The notes: generated from the letters alone by a model not told the origin. A stretch of DNA of 64,000 bases from Paraspadella gotoi (GCA_051294375.1 CM119266.1:17540087-17604086), one strand, 5' to 3'. Shown: positions 12,238 to 38,302, counted from the stretch's first letter. Program-made: numbers and translations.

Positions 12238-13144
12238 ATGAAGACGACGATATTCGTCGTCGTCATCGTCGTCGTCGTCGTCGGCTGCGTTTTCGCCTCC
12301 GAAGACGCGGAATGGGACGAACTAGGTGCGGCTGTTGACCCTGACGTTGTTGCTGGTGATGTCGATACTAACGCTGCTCGTATACAACTGTTGTTGTTTT
12401 CACAGAAGTTACGGAAGCTGTTGTTGATGATATTAGTGATGCTGATGACGTTAAAAAAAGTCACAGCTACGGTTTTTTTTGTCTTAACTGTGTCTGACAT
12501 GATCTTGAAGTATTTAAAGTTCTTTTTTCTCCTCATCTTAGAATTCGTTTTCTCTCCCTCCCTTTTCCTCTCCCCCTCTCCCTCTCTCTCTCTCTCTCCC
12601 TCTCTCCCCCTTCAGATTTAACCAAACTCTCACGCGATGCCGCCGCGCCGAACAAAGACGGTCCGCCCTACTTCAAAGTGCAGACTGACCTCGCGGTTCC
12701 CGACGACGTTCTCGGGGGCGAAGATGATCCCGACAACCCGGCCAACTCCCAACTGCCCGATGGGGCGATGGAGGCCTTTAATTGTACAGATGCGGAGAAA
12801 ACGGGGCATATCTGGGGTATGAGGAGGGCGCTGTTGTGATGGCGATGATGATGAAGATGATGAATTGATGATGACAACGATAATTACAGAATGTAGCGCC
12901 TACTTCGGATTCTCAACTCGTCTCTGTCATTGCGATTGGGGTCGTTGCTTGGAAAAACGTCGTCCTCACCATTATTGCGGTTGCCCCTGGTCAAAGTGCT
13001 TGCAAGTAAGCATGAGGGTGATAACAATTTTTTTTTTATTATTTTCGTTAAAATCTTTGTCATTATTATCACTGAGAATTAGTTTCAATTATCGTAATCA
13101 TTATAATTATTATTATTACTATTATTATTACTATTATTATTTTA

Positions 13145-13176
<32 letters not shown>

Positions 13177-16100
13177 TATTATTATTATATTATTATTATT
13201 ATTATTATTATTACTATTAATTTTTATACTTTTCTTTCGCAGCCCCGGCCGCGTCATTGCGTCTTTGGCTTGGAAATATTGTCCTCAGCCTGGTCTCATC
13301 ACCCATCTCATCACCATCATCATCTGAATAGGGGCGGAGCGAAACCGAACCCTTCCAATACACGAGGTACATATTTACGTACAGACAGTAAATGATTGAT
13401 GATAATGACGTTGATAATTATGATGATGATGACGATCAGATCGATAAGAAATATGATTAGAAATGATGATGAAAATGTGATAGATAATGGTAATTGGGCT
13501 TGTGATAATTTTTATCATTTTGATGATGATGATGATATGGTGATTATACTGATAATGATGGATTTTGAAATCTAATATCTCAGCTCTCGACGACGCACGA
13601 CGACGACGCAGACGACGACAACGATGCTGACTGACTGCGCGGAATGTGGGGACAGACAACCTACCTCTGTCACTGCCCACCGGCTCCTGCTTCAAAGAGG
13701 GCAGACCAATGGATACTGCGGTTGCCCCTGGGGATTCTGCAAGAAGGTGATTGACGAAACGGGTTGAGCCCTCGATCCTTTTTACAAGATATTAACACAG
13801 CAGGACCATGCAAGCTTTCAAGACTTTGAAGACTTTTCAATGACTCAAAGACTCACATTCGAGTTTATTCCTTCCCAGAGAACCTAGCTTCCTTAGCCAT
13901 GTACTCTGTGTTCTGGAAGCGAATAAACTAGACTGTGAGAGTCCAGATTGAATAGCTAGCAGGTCCTGCTTGGTACAATTATACATTGTACATATTGTAA
14001 GAGGGATGAAGGCTTTTACCCATCATAGCCTTTCCAAAGTTGGGGGCTGGATAATTTATTTGTTCAACGAATGGACTAGTTTTATATCGGTAGCACCTTG
14101 TCATATCTCACTTTTTAACATTTAACTTTGCATCGCTTAAATGTAAGTTATTTTATTTTATATCATTTTGTTTCCAGGAACGCCCATGGTTCTGCAAATA
14201 TTTTTGGAAACGTTGCGAACATCGGCGTTGTCATGGAATCGATGGTGGGGATGGTAAGTTGCAAGTCTGTCAGTCTGTCAGTCAGTTCAGGACAAAAAAG
14301 TCGAGCACAATGTTATTCCATTTAATTAGCCATCAGTTAACGAATAACTAATAACTTATGATTAAAAGAAATAGAAGAAAAAAGGAAGAAAAGAAAAGAA
14401 AAGAAAAGAATAGAAGTAAAAAAAAAATTAGAAGAAAAAACGACGAAATTCTAAACTTTGATCATTAGAATTTTTCTTATCTTTTTTTTTTCATTTTGAG
14501 AAATTTAAAATTATTTTTTGTGGCAGATAAGAAATTATGGTGAATAGAAAAAGAAGACGACTTGAACTTAATTTTATTCACTTAAGTCTTTTCTTCGTTA
14601 TCGATATTTTGATTGTTTTATATATATATATATATATCTCTCTCTCTCTCTCTCTCTCTGTGTCTCTCTCCCTCTCTCTCTCCCTTCAGACTTGACCCCC
14701 AACCCGACGTGGGACATCCCCGACTCTAACGAGACGAACCCGTGGCCGACCAAATGGAACCCCCGTCCGACTAAATGGTACCCAGGCCCAACAAGATGGC
14801 ACTCTAGTCCGACAAAATGGTACCCAGGTCCAACAAGGATGGCACTCGAGTCCAACAAAATGGTACCCAGGTCCAAACAAGATGGCACCCCCGTCCGACA
14901 AATTGGTACCCAGGTCCAACAAAACACCCGTATCCGACACACTTGATATCCTCGCCCGACACACTGGCACCCGTACCCGACACACTGGCATCCTCGCCCG
15001 ACACACTGGCACCCGCTACCCGACACACTGGCATCCTCGCCCGACACACTGGCAACCACACCCGACACACTGGTACCCTTGGCCGACTGGATCTTACCCC
15101 TGGCCGACGCCGTACCGACCCAAACCTCAAAGTAAGGAAAGGAAGAGGGAAAAATCAATGTCATGTCACTCCAAGTCATCTCAGGTCACTTCATGTCATG
15201 TCACTTCATGTTAAGTCATAATAGTAACTCCAAGTCATATTATGTCACTCCAAGTCATGTCAGATCACACCATGTCACTTCAATAAATGTCATGTCACTC
15301 AATGTCATTTCAACGCGGGTTACTTTATGTCACGTGACGTCACACCATGTTTTTTAACCCTATGTCACTTCATGTCTTGTTATATCAGATCAGTTCAATC
15401 CATATCATCTCGCTCCATATACATTTATTCGATGTTAGTTCAAGTCAGGTCAGTGATATCAAATCACGCCATTTTTCTGAACTCCTTGTCATGTCACTTT
15501 ATCATATCATGTCATACAATCCCCCCCCCGGCAGACAAGTGCGGTGACTTCGGCCAACCGACGCGGGATTGTCGATGTTACCCCGGAAATTGTCAGGCGT
15601 CGAGACCGAACGAGGAATGCGGCTGTCCGTGGGTCCGTTTTTTTTTTTTTTTATCACTAAATTATTTTATCTCGTTAAATTTTTTATTCAATTTTCCTGA
15701 ATTTTAAAAGCGTAGAACCTTTTCTCTCATCCCCTTTCTCTTTTTCTTTTTCTTCTTCTTCCTCTCCCTCTCCCCATCCACTCCCTCTCTCCCTCTCCCT
15801 AACTCCCTCTCTCCCTATCCCTCACTCACTCCCTCCTTCTCTCCCTCCCAGGGCGCCTGCATGCAACATCGTCCCTTTCATTGCAAATGGAGAGGAATTC
15901 TTCCTCCTTCTGATCCAAATCATAATCGTCATCATCATCGTCACGACGACAACGACGACGACGATGACAAAGTCGATCAAAGGTATGGACAATAACGACG
16001 ACGACCAAAGAATGATGACAGAGACGACGTTATTATTTACTATCGAGGACGAGACGATGACAACGACGACCAAGGGAGAAAACGATGACGGAGACGATGT

Positions 16101-16249
16101 TGACGTTGATTACGACAATGACGACGATGACGAAAAGTTGTAACAACTAATTATTACGATAACGATGACCAAGACGTTGACAATGACGAAAGAGCAAATG
16201 ATATAAATGACATCTACAACGACGACAATGACAATGACAATGACAATTT

Positions 16250-16303
<54 letters not shown>

Positions 16304-16420
16304 AAAGCCTACTTATTGATGTAGTTATAAGAAACTCTCTTAGAAATAGTACCTTTTAAAGGCAGTTTGTGAAACGAGCCTAAAGTTCACAATTATATTT
16401 TCAATTCAATTCAATTCAAT

Positions 16421-16455
<35 letters not shown>

Positions 16456-16749
16456 GTCTCTCTATCTTTCTCACAATCAAGGCTTCAATTCTTCATCTAT
16501 GGTGCGATGGCTTTCATGATGACAACCCTATTCGGCCTAATCTTCCTAAATTTCATCAAATGTGCAGTGAGGAGATTCAGGTACAGTGTGACATTGTAAG
16601 AGTCAAGTAAATAGAGTACAGGGTGGTTGAAAGGAAAAGGAATATTAGGAATTATGAGAGTAATATATATCTGTTTAAGATGATTAGAAATTAAAAAATA
16701 TTTCAGTTTTCTGTATTGAGTTTATTTGAATATCTATTTTTTTATATAT

Positions 16750-16848
<99 letters not shown>

Positions 16849-16973
16849 TCTATTTCAGAAAACCTCGCCTCATCATCAGGAATTTGGGATCAAAACCGAT
16901 ACAACTAATTTCGAATCCTTTGAACGAATTGAAAAAAGCAGATGACAAGAAAAATCTGATACAAAATGACTGA
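12238..16973 (+). CDS. Type I membrane protein (~550 aa) of unrecognised family: signal peptide, three CGCPW Cys-rich domains, His/Trp/Pro heptad array, TM helix, dileucine tail; contains indels
   Basis: Exons: 12238-12325, 12616-12816, 12890-13005, 13243-13366, 13584-13746, 14178-14253, 14690-15131, 15535-15632, 15852-15982, 16482-16580, 16859-16973, all GT-AG. Signal peptide MKTTIFVVVIVVVVVGCVFA; TM FFIYGAMAFMMTTLFGLIFLNFI; tail ...KKADDKKNLIQND*. Exons 4, 5 and 7 need 1-nt indel corrections. Confidence 0.8.
13799..13970. mobile_element. ~170-bp imperfect palindrome (MITE-like) in an intron; related fragment at 5608-5648
   Basis: AGCAGGACC...GGTCCTGCT termini. Inner arm GACTCACATTCGAGTTTATTC..CCAGA pairs with TCTGG..GAATAAACTAGACTGTGAGAGTC. 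5608-5648 (gcaggtccccgcaggctttcaatcaagactctctcacagtc) resembles one arm. Confidence 0.6.
14746..15115 (+). repeat. Coding 21-bp tandem array encoding P-T-[HKRN]-W-[HY]-P-[RGY] heptads
   Basis: ccgacacactggcatcctcgc and ccgacaaaatggtacccaggt units, about 17 copies; the PT.W.P reading moves between frames at four single-base insertions. Confidence 0.85.
15160..15515. repeat. Degenerate (GTCAT/GTCAC)n intronic repeat
   Basis: tcatgtcact/gtcatgtcac units fill the intron after exon 7 of the CGCPW gene. Confidence 0.75.
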
Positions 16974-18197
16974 AAAAATCAAATGAAATAAAGAGCAAAT
17001 TGTGATTTCAAAAGCAAATAAGCAACTGAAAAATCTGTAGGCTGGAACCCCAAAAACAATGACTCGAAAAACAATTAGGACATTTCGAAAAAAACTTGAT
17101 TATTAAAATGATTTTTTATCCAATTAATTAATTTTGATTTATAATTTACCATTTAAATTCAATGTTTACGATCCATAAATCATTCGTTATCAATTATATC
17201 GGTTGGTTTTTGTTTGAAAACTTTTTTGTAACTCTGATCATCGACGGCGCCGACATCTCGCGGATGAAATGTGAAACTAATAGAAAAATCCCTGCTCTTT
17301 TGTTTGACTTAAAGATAGAAAAAGAAAGAGGGAGGACAGAATGGAATAAAATAAATTCAATTAAAAAAATCTTTGAATTTATTATTTCTAGTCGGGTTCA
17401 AACAAAATATTTAATGAGAGCCGCCCAAACTAATGTAATGAAAGTCCAATTAAAAATCCATAAAAAAATAAAGAAAAGAAATAAAGCTTAAAATAATAAT
17501 TATGCTTCGGAGAAAGTGGAGTTCAACAGAAAAAGGTCAAAACAGAAGATAATCTTGAATTAGTTAAGACTTTAGACATTGCGTTTAAGAAAAAGTTTAT
17601 TACTTAGAACTGGTAGTGACTCCTTGTGCGGATTAAGGGGTGAGGTCAAAGAATATTATGTACTTATTTAAAGATCTTTAATACCTGGAAATATATGGGT
17701 TTTAATCAAAGATCGGTAAACAACAGTTTTCTTTACGATCCTATCTCGGACTTAATGACATTTTACAGATCATCTTCCATAGATAATCTAACATCTAACA
17801 GCTTCTCTATAGTAACGGTGTCTCACTGTTAACTTACGGATGTGAAGTTAAAGAGTTTCTATGTCAAGACAGGGGCAAATTAATTTTTTTTTTTTGATGG
17901 AAGAAGACTAACGCTTAGAGAATCTTTGGATTGCCCAGACATTTAAGCAATCTTTAATCAAAGACGATCAAAATTTTTGGAGAACTTTGTGTTGTGGTAC
18001 CTACTAAAAAACAATGATTTCATTACCTAACTTATTTAATTTCCATGGTTTAATTTTTTAAACATGTCAAAATTAAATATAAATTAATTTATTAGTTATG
18101 AATTTTGATCTCCTTGTGAAATTTGTTTCAGCAACAAAAAATAATTAAATTGGGCGCCAAATTTTACTTCTATTAAAAATCATTAAGGAGCCGTTCT

Positions 18198-18298
<101 letters not shown>

Positions 18299-18387
18299 GA
18301 GAGTGAAATTTTCTCTGTCATAACTGATTATCTTTCGATTTATGACCCACAAGAAAAATGACAACTCTACACGATTCGTGACGATTA

Positions 18388-18450
<63 letters not shown>

Positions 18451-19247
18451 CAAAACATAATAGTAGTACCAAATCTACTAATTATCTACTATAGTCAAAA
18501 AACTAAAAAAATAAGAAATAAGAAATTAAGTTTCCAAATTTAATTTTTCAATATCTGTTCAGTTAAAGTCAGAGTCCGTTTATTAATTCGAATTATCCCG
18601 TTTTACTCTAAAACATAAAACAAATTGTTCCCTCTTCTTTAAAAAAAAGATTTTAACCTCTAAAGGGAACGTAACAAACTAACTAAATTTATATTTATAT
18701 TCTTAAACTAAAAGGAGAACTTTATTTTTTTGTCTCACAAAAGTTGTTCACGATTGATTGAAAAAATCGAATAATCAAAGCTTTATGTAAATGAGATCGT
18801 TTTTATTGAGTAATAATAATTAGCAAAAAGAAAAGACAATGAAAGCAAGAAAAATAAAGAGATGAACCAATCAATCAAGCAAGCAATCAAGCTATCAACG
18901 AGATAGGGAGGACAGAGAGAAAGAGAGAGAGAGAGAGATAGAGACAGCAGTCCATTCTTTTCGGATTTTTTTATACGAAATTTGACATGATGACCTTAAC
19001 TCGGTGACATTCTCTCAAAGTGACATGACGTCCCGTCAACCTCAAGTGACAGACATCGTTTGTCTCTGTGTCATAACGAATCACTGAGTTTGAAAGAAAA
19101 AACTAGTAATCGATAATGTGTAATTTGTGAAGATAGAAAATTAAATATATTTTTTTTTTAAATTATAAAAAATTTTTCTTCAAAAAATGAGAGTAGGCAA
19201 AGAAATAGATAACACGTGACACGAACAAAAATCAGAGAAAACATTCG

Positions 19248-31626
<12,379 letters not shown>

Positions 31627-31710
31627 TTTTTTTTTCGGTTCGTTTTGTTATTTATTAATATATTTTTAAATACTTTTATTGCAGTTTTTATTTATTGCTG
31701 CGATTGTTTG

Positions 31711-31951
31711 TTTGTTTTTTTTTTGCTTTGCGTAGTTTTGTTGGTTAAAAATTTAAAATCAAGATCGACAGTCAAGAGATCAGTCGTTGAAGAAATTATA
31801 GGTAAGAATGATAATTTTTGGATGTGCGCGGCCACTCTTTCAAAAATATGCTTTGAAGTTTTACTTTTCCGTTTTAAACTAGGTTTCACATTTTAAGTAC
31901 AAGGTTTCAAGAACTAGAATAAAAAACATCATATTTCAAACTGTCATTTTC
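31711..31951 (+). repeat. ~240-bp segment duplicated almost exactly at 40233-40473
   Basis: Direct sequence identity; it gives the twin ORFs 31645-31896 and 40113-40418. Confidence 0.95.
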
Positions 31952-32928
31952 GGTGGTTTGTAAAATTTGAAAGCATTTCCGATCTTGCAGGGAGACTGGG
32001 AGTGTTAGAAGCTTCTTTTTATGCATTATAATAATCTTTTACAGTTTTTGATAGAATAATGCAGCTTCTACTTTCAAAAGAATATAATAGGATATAACAT
32101 TTCAAACAATGGAGTGAATAAATTGCTCATGTGATGGTCAATATCATGTTTGCAAACTATGCTAAACTACTTTACTATACTACGATAATAATATTTAATA
32201 AATATATAATAATTTTAAATCACGATAAGCTTTTCATCGGTCGTTCAAGCTTTGATTAATCTCAGAAAAGTTTTCTGTTCTTTAAAAGTGACAATTTTTC
32301 GGGAAGGGAATTTGAATATCATCCGTCTGATTTCTTAACGTTGAAGTTCCGTAGACTTCCTCTTTGTTGTTTTTGCTGGATTAGATTTTTTGCCTGAATT
32401 AGTACGTTAATACTAATATAAACACAAGTTAACCAACCAACTAGCCCATCTATTTATTAATACACATCAATAAAAATTTATGCACGACATATATGACTGA
32501 AAAAACCAATCAGTCACGCTGATCACTCAAATAGTCAAATACTGAGCTTATTCATTCATCGAAAATTTTTTATTGAATTCTTATTTAGCACTGAAGCAAT
32601 CAATCAACAACAAATTAAAACTTAAAAGATACACAATTTTTTTGTATCATTAATAAAGATTTTTTATACATCTGGCTCATTAATCAACCAATTAATCAAT
32701 CAATCAATCCTGTCAACAATTTCGTCCGTCACCTTTTTTCTATGACTGAATTATGGTGAAGTTTTTGACTAACGGGCGGCGCGTTGACTCTAATGGGGCT
32801 CTATATGAGAGAGGCGGCGGCGGATGCGGCTGCGGGGGCGACGGCGGCAGAGGAGATAAATTCAGTAAAGCAGAATGCTAAAAGGTGCGAAAGAAAAAGG
32901 AGCAAGTTATAAGACATAATTAAAATTG

Positions 32929-32965
32929 TTTTTTATCAAGCCATGACCGGCGAAGCCGGTTCAGG
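32929..32965 (+). mobile_element. 5' terminal hairpin of a Helentron/DINE-1-like element, cut by a 25-N gap
   Basis: TTTTTATCAAGCCATGACCGGCGAAGCCGGTTCAGG, the same terminus as at 43962-43998 (-) but with a different flank. Confidence 0.65.
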
Positions 32966-32990
32966 NNNNNNNNNNNNNNNNNNNNNNNNN
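32966..32990. other. Assembly gap (25 N); a second 25-N gap is at 43937-43961
   Basis: N runs seen directly; both interrupt the same hairpin motif. Confidence 0.97.
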
Positions 32991-34496
32991 ACTTGTGGCC
33001 TCTGGAAAAAAAGTCAATCAGTGGTGATTTCATTATTATATATTTTCCAAGCATGTTTGAATTCATGTACAGAGTAAAACGATTTTTTTAAGCAGGTATT
33101 TTATTTATTTTTAAGCTCATAGTTTTATTGTAGCTACAACATTGAATCTCATATATTGTGATAAATAAAAGGCGAAGCCATAATTTTCATTTTTTTCAAG
33201 ATTTGCCAACCATAAACGTGTACTTTCGAAGGATAGTTAGAACTTTAAGGAAGGGTCAATATTGTATTCAGACAACTAGCTATACTATAGCTACATTTCA
33301 TTAAAAAAAAAGAAAATAAAAACAAACTTGAGAGGGAAATTAAAATTATTTGCCATGTTTGGTTTTTGAGTCAGTATTAATTTACCTTTTTGATGTTCTG
33401 CTCTGCCATGGGGGGAGAGGGGGGGGGGGGGGTGGGGGGATATCATTGATTTAAAAAATTAATTTATTTCTGCTTCAGGAGTTAAGCACCTCGGCAATGA
33501 GAATACAATGCAGTAAAAATTGCAAAACCATAAATTTACTATTTACCGTAAAGCTAAAAATAGAGAGTAGCAAACATAGCTGATGTCCAATTAAGCGCTG
33601 ATATCTCGCAGATATATATCCCAAAGTTTTAGCAACATTTTGGAAGACAAGTCATAGACGACGTTCGTCCTTTGCTTGAAATAATATATTTCGAAAGCCT
33701 GATGCAGAACATTTGCAAATGCCCTTATTAAAGACATAAGCAATCGAAAATACAAATACAAAACATTATCTTTGTATAACTCCATTGACACACATATTCC
33801 ATATGTTCTAAGTTGGAGTCTAATTGATTTGCAGTACAGGTTTCTTTGTTTTTTTAAAAGAATCTGATTTTATTCATTTCATAAAGTTATTGTTTGAATT
33901 CCATACTTTGGTAATCTATATATATTAGGTACAAAAGTCGTTTAGAACAGTCTGGCAGGTATCTTAGATAGTAACTTGAAATTTAAAAAACTTTATGGGT
34001 AAAACAATGTTTTTTACTGTTTGCACCCGTAAGAGTAAGAAGCCAATCCAAGGTTTGTGTACAACCAAGTTGGGGAAATATCCTTCCTGTCAGGCATTGA
34101 AATCAGATTAAGAAAGCAGACCGAATCCTTTTTGGCGTCTAGTACATTTTGGATTTTTAATATTCTATCCAATATAAATCAATTGAGACTAGGTATTGAA
34201 CCAAACCTAAAACAAACAAAACAACTGTCAAGTGCTTTGAATCCATTGTTTTTGTGAAAGAGTCGATCATGAGGTGACTTCTTTGTTTTGGACAAAAGAT
34301 GTGAGGCCACTAATATGCGCGGAGACCAAAACACTCGGATTAATACAAGTATCCAACAAGCATATCCATTTTTTGAGCCAATTACTGTATAGTTTTTTTT
34401 TCCCGAATATATTCTTTCATAGTTTTAAGTCTGTTATGATGTGCAGCCAATGTTTAGCACCACATATTGAAGATCAGATGATGACTTGAAATTCAT
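32991..34496 (-). pseudogene. Frameshift-ridden partial copy of the 5' half of XK-like gene A (artefact or pseudogene)
   Basis: Reverse complement of 44639-46027; remnants such as KDNV and SKMLLKLW appear in ORF 33591-33791. Confidence 0.6.
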
Positions 34497-37400
34497 CCTT
34501 TTAAAAAATATGAATGGTTACGAGCAAGATACTTTTAAAATTTAAAAAAAAATTATTAATCTGTTTAACTTTTATAGGAAAATTGTATTTAAAATAGAGG
34601 ATAAAATAACTATAATCAAATTGCCCAAAAATTGTTGCATTGAAATTTGCGTAGCATTCTGTGCATTTCGTTACAAATGTTGCTTTCAACACAAAATTTA
34701 AAGCTGTTTTTTCTTGAAGATCAACGAGTATCTGTAATCGGAGATAGGGTTCTAGATTTTGAAAAGGATACGCTCTATCAACACGTAGAATGAAAAAGAG
34801 AAAGAGAGAAGGAAAGAAGATGGTCCTCTCCTTGATTTTGTTGATATAATCTTTTTCCTCGAAGCTTTCCTTATTCCACATAGATATAATCGAATTGGCA
34901 AACTGATTTTCTGAAAAGCCTTTTACTTGGTCGGCAGCGCGAGAAAGAAAGATAAAGAGAAGCGACAAGTAAAAAGAAAGAAAGAGAGAAAAAGAGGCTT
35001 TCAGGACATATGAATTCTCAGTCACAAAGATCATTTTTGCGCCAACTTTCCGCGTCCTTGGCAACAGATTCGGGAAGGAATGCTGAATAAAGATGTATCG
35101 TTAATTTGAATTGATGGCGGACTAGTGATCCGTGAACAAGACGTGACACTGGTGTGAGTAACAGCTTGATCATTTTTATCGAGCCATGACCGACGAAAGC
35201 CCGGTTCAGCGCTCTATAATGTTTTAGGATTTGCTTTTTGTGACGTAGTCCCGTCGCTCTCGGCGTCGTCGTCGGTCGTCCGTCCGGCCGTCAACGCTGT
35301 CTTTAATATAAAAACACTCACTCCACGCCTTCTTACATCACGCGTTTCGGCTGCTACACTTACACCTTCCTACACACAAAAGTTTATTTACATATCAAAT
35401 TATTATAAATTAGCTGTTAACAAAGTGCTCGATCATAGTAAGTTAAAAACTTTCAGATGACTCGGCTTTATCATCTCTGAAATAGCTGTGTATTTTCAAT
35501 ATTACACTTTGGATTTAAGTATTTTTTCGTTTGACATTTCCCAACTTCATTATGCATTTACCTGGCAATAGCTGCAAATGAGATTAAAGTAATAATCATA
35601 TAACATCCAAATTAGTTATTAGAATGCTTTAATTCTAATTTACATATTGCAGTATAATAATAATTAGAAGATGAAATTCAAAAAATTTTTTAAAAATTAT
35701 AATAAAATGGGAAACTTCAAAAATATCTTTTAATAGAAGCTATATCTTAATTTAATACAAATAAAATAAAATCTTTTACAAGCTGCGATTGGAAAATTGG
35801 AAGAATTTCCAATTGTAAGAGCAATTGTAACATATTTTTGCCTTTCTTTTATTTCTTTAATTACATATATATATTTTCTTTTTTAGAGAAAACGGGGTGG
35901 GAGTTTCAGTCTCTGCAAGTGATGTAACACGCGGGCTTCCAGCAGCTGTCGCAGGCTTTGTTTTGCTGTCTGTTCTCTCTGTGTTCTCTCTGTGACTCCG
36001 TCTCTCTCTTCTCTCTCGTCTCGTCTCTCTCTCTCGTGGTGTGACGACATTTTTTGGACGTGTATCCGTTTCGTGTTTTTGAAATTCTGATTTTTTTTCG
36101 CTTCTAAAAACTTTTATATCAACCATTATGCCAAATTTTACAATCCGAGATTTTCGTGATTTATTTTAGCAAAAAGTGAACGACCATAACTCATGAACCG
36201 TCAGAAATTTTACGCTTCTTCTCCATTTCTCTCCGCTCTCTAAAGTGGATTGTTTTAAAAGAAAAAATATACTAATTAAGCAAATGAGCATATTTAATAC
36301 AGATTTACTTGCCAGAGGAAATCTTTTCATCCTCTGTCCCAATGTTGTTGAGCCCCGAAAATCTTAAAATTCTTTTGTCACACATTCTGAATAGTGCACG
36401 GATTGTATGCTATATGCCGGGATCATGTTTTTTAGCTGCCTTTTTTGCCGGGTTTAATGGTTAACTACCAAAAATGTATCTAGTTATTCAAGGTTCCATT
36501 AGTGGCAAGTGATGAATTGAAATGTGTGTGCCATGTTGTCCTTTGTTTCATATCGATTTCAAGTATTTTTTCTGTTTGGAATTTCCACTTCATTATAAAA
36601 TGTTTACTAGCAATATGGCTAATAAGATTATAGTACTTACGCATATCAAATTAGTATAGTTAGTAGAAACTTAATTTTATTTGGTCGACGAGTAACGAGT
36701 TCGGCGCTATGCAGCGGTCTGTTCAGCTTTCCTTTCTCTCTCTCTCTCTCTCTTTCTCTCGATCTCTCAGAGAATCTCTCTCGTCTTTCTGTCTGCTTGT
36801 CCTCTCTTTACGATTCTGCGTGATCGTTCGTTTTTGAACAAATTCTGATTATTTTTTTCGACTTCTAAAAAATTTTATATTATCCGCCATTTATTCCGCA
36901 CTTTTTTTTTTCATATACAAAATCCCAAATTGTATTCTGAGATTTTCCACGTGGATTTTTTTGTAGAAAATTGAAGAATTAACTTACTTGACGGCGGTGT
37001 ACGTTTGTATAATAAGGAATAACTTGACCGAGATCACGCCGCGCGTTGCGAGGGCAAACGGATAACCGATATAATTGGAAAGAAATACGGTTCTTTCCTT
37101 TTTATTTCTCGTCTCTCGTCTGCCTCTCCGTGATTTATTTTTTTCCTTCTAAAAAACACTTTAATTAATCACCATTTATTCCGAGCGTTTTTTGGCTCTT
37201 TACCATGGATGTTTCGTGGCCGTTGCGAAAGAAACGAGTACAACAATGTCAAGAACATGACGAACTATAACGCGAATAACGCGAGTATTATTTATATTAT
37301 TTGGAAGTCAAAAATTCATAGTCGTGTAACTAGTTATTTTTCAACTATATATTTTGTTAATAGGGATTATAATTTTTCCAAATGTACAAAAAATTTCTTA

Positions 37401-38266
37401 TAATGCTTTGTTTTCTCTCATGTCGTGTTCTTTTTCATCTCTTCTCCTCTTCTCCCTTCTCTCTTCCTTCTCGGTCTCTCTCTCCTTGGGCTCTCTCTCT
37501 CTCTTTTTTTTTTTTCTTCTAAAACTTTTATTATCGCCATTCTATTCCGCGCTTTTCATCAATACAAAATCCCAAATTTACTATCCGAGATTTTCGTGGA
37601 ATGGTTTTTTCCTAGAAAGATTCTGATTATTCTTAAATATAGAACGAGAGAGAACCTAATAGATTGCGTTCGTTGGCGGAAAAACTGGTCCAGCCTCTCT
37701 CTCTCTCATCGCTCTCCTCTCTCATCATCTCTGCTCTCTCTCTCTCTCTTTTCACTCATACACGCATTTTGATTGTTTTTAAAATTTACGATGAATGATT
37801 CATCGCGTCAGTGAATTACTATCATCGCATCCATGAACTGCTATATCTCGTATCAATGAATGATTATCATCAATATCATGAATGACTATCATCGCATAAA
37901 ATCATTTGATTATCATCACTAGTCATTTTGTTATCAATCCGCAATCAATTATGGGTTATCACTCATATTGCTGGTCTATCATCGTATCAAATCATTTGGC
38001 ATCATACTTTTCAATCGAAAGCGGGGTCGGATCCTGCTATTGCTTTTAAGATTTATTTTTATTAGATTTGATAAGATTATCTCTTAAATGTGAACAAAAA
38101 GAAATATTATAGAAAAAAAGAGAAGAAATAAATATGGTTTATCTTAAATGTTAAAAAAAAAAAAATCTTAAAAGCATAAGGATCAAGCCATGATGATAAG
38201 TCATTCATTGATGCGATGATAGTCATTCATTCATCGTAAATAAAACAAACAAATGCGTGTATGAGT

Positions 38267-38302
<36 letters not shown>

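Noticed and set aside
17190-17280. Possible terminal exon of the large minus-strand gene
   Set aside because: Two frames are open but no phase-consistent upstream donor could be established.
18316-18367. Minus-strand VVIFLVGHKSKD resembling a small-GTPase G4 motif
   Set aside because: A stop follows four codons later and no other G motifs were found nearby.
32730-32885. GC-rich exon-like patch
   Set aside because: Stops occur in all frames tried with plausible splice sites; it could not be attached to a gene.
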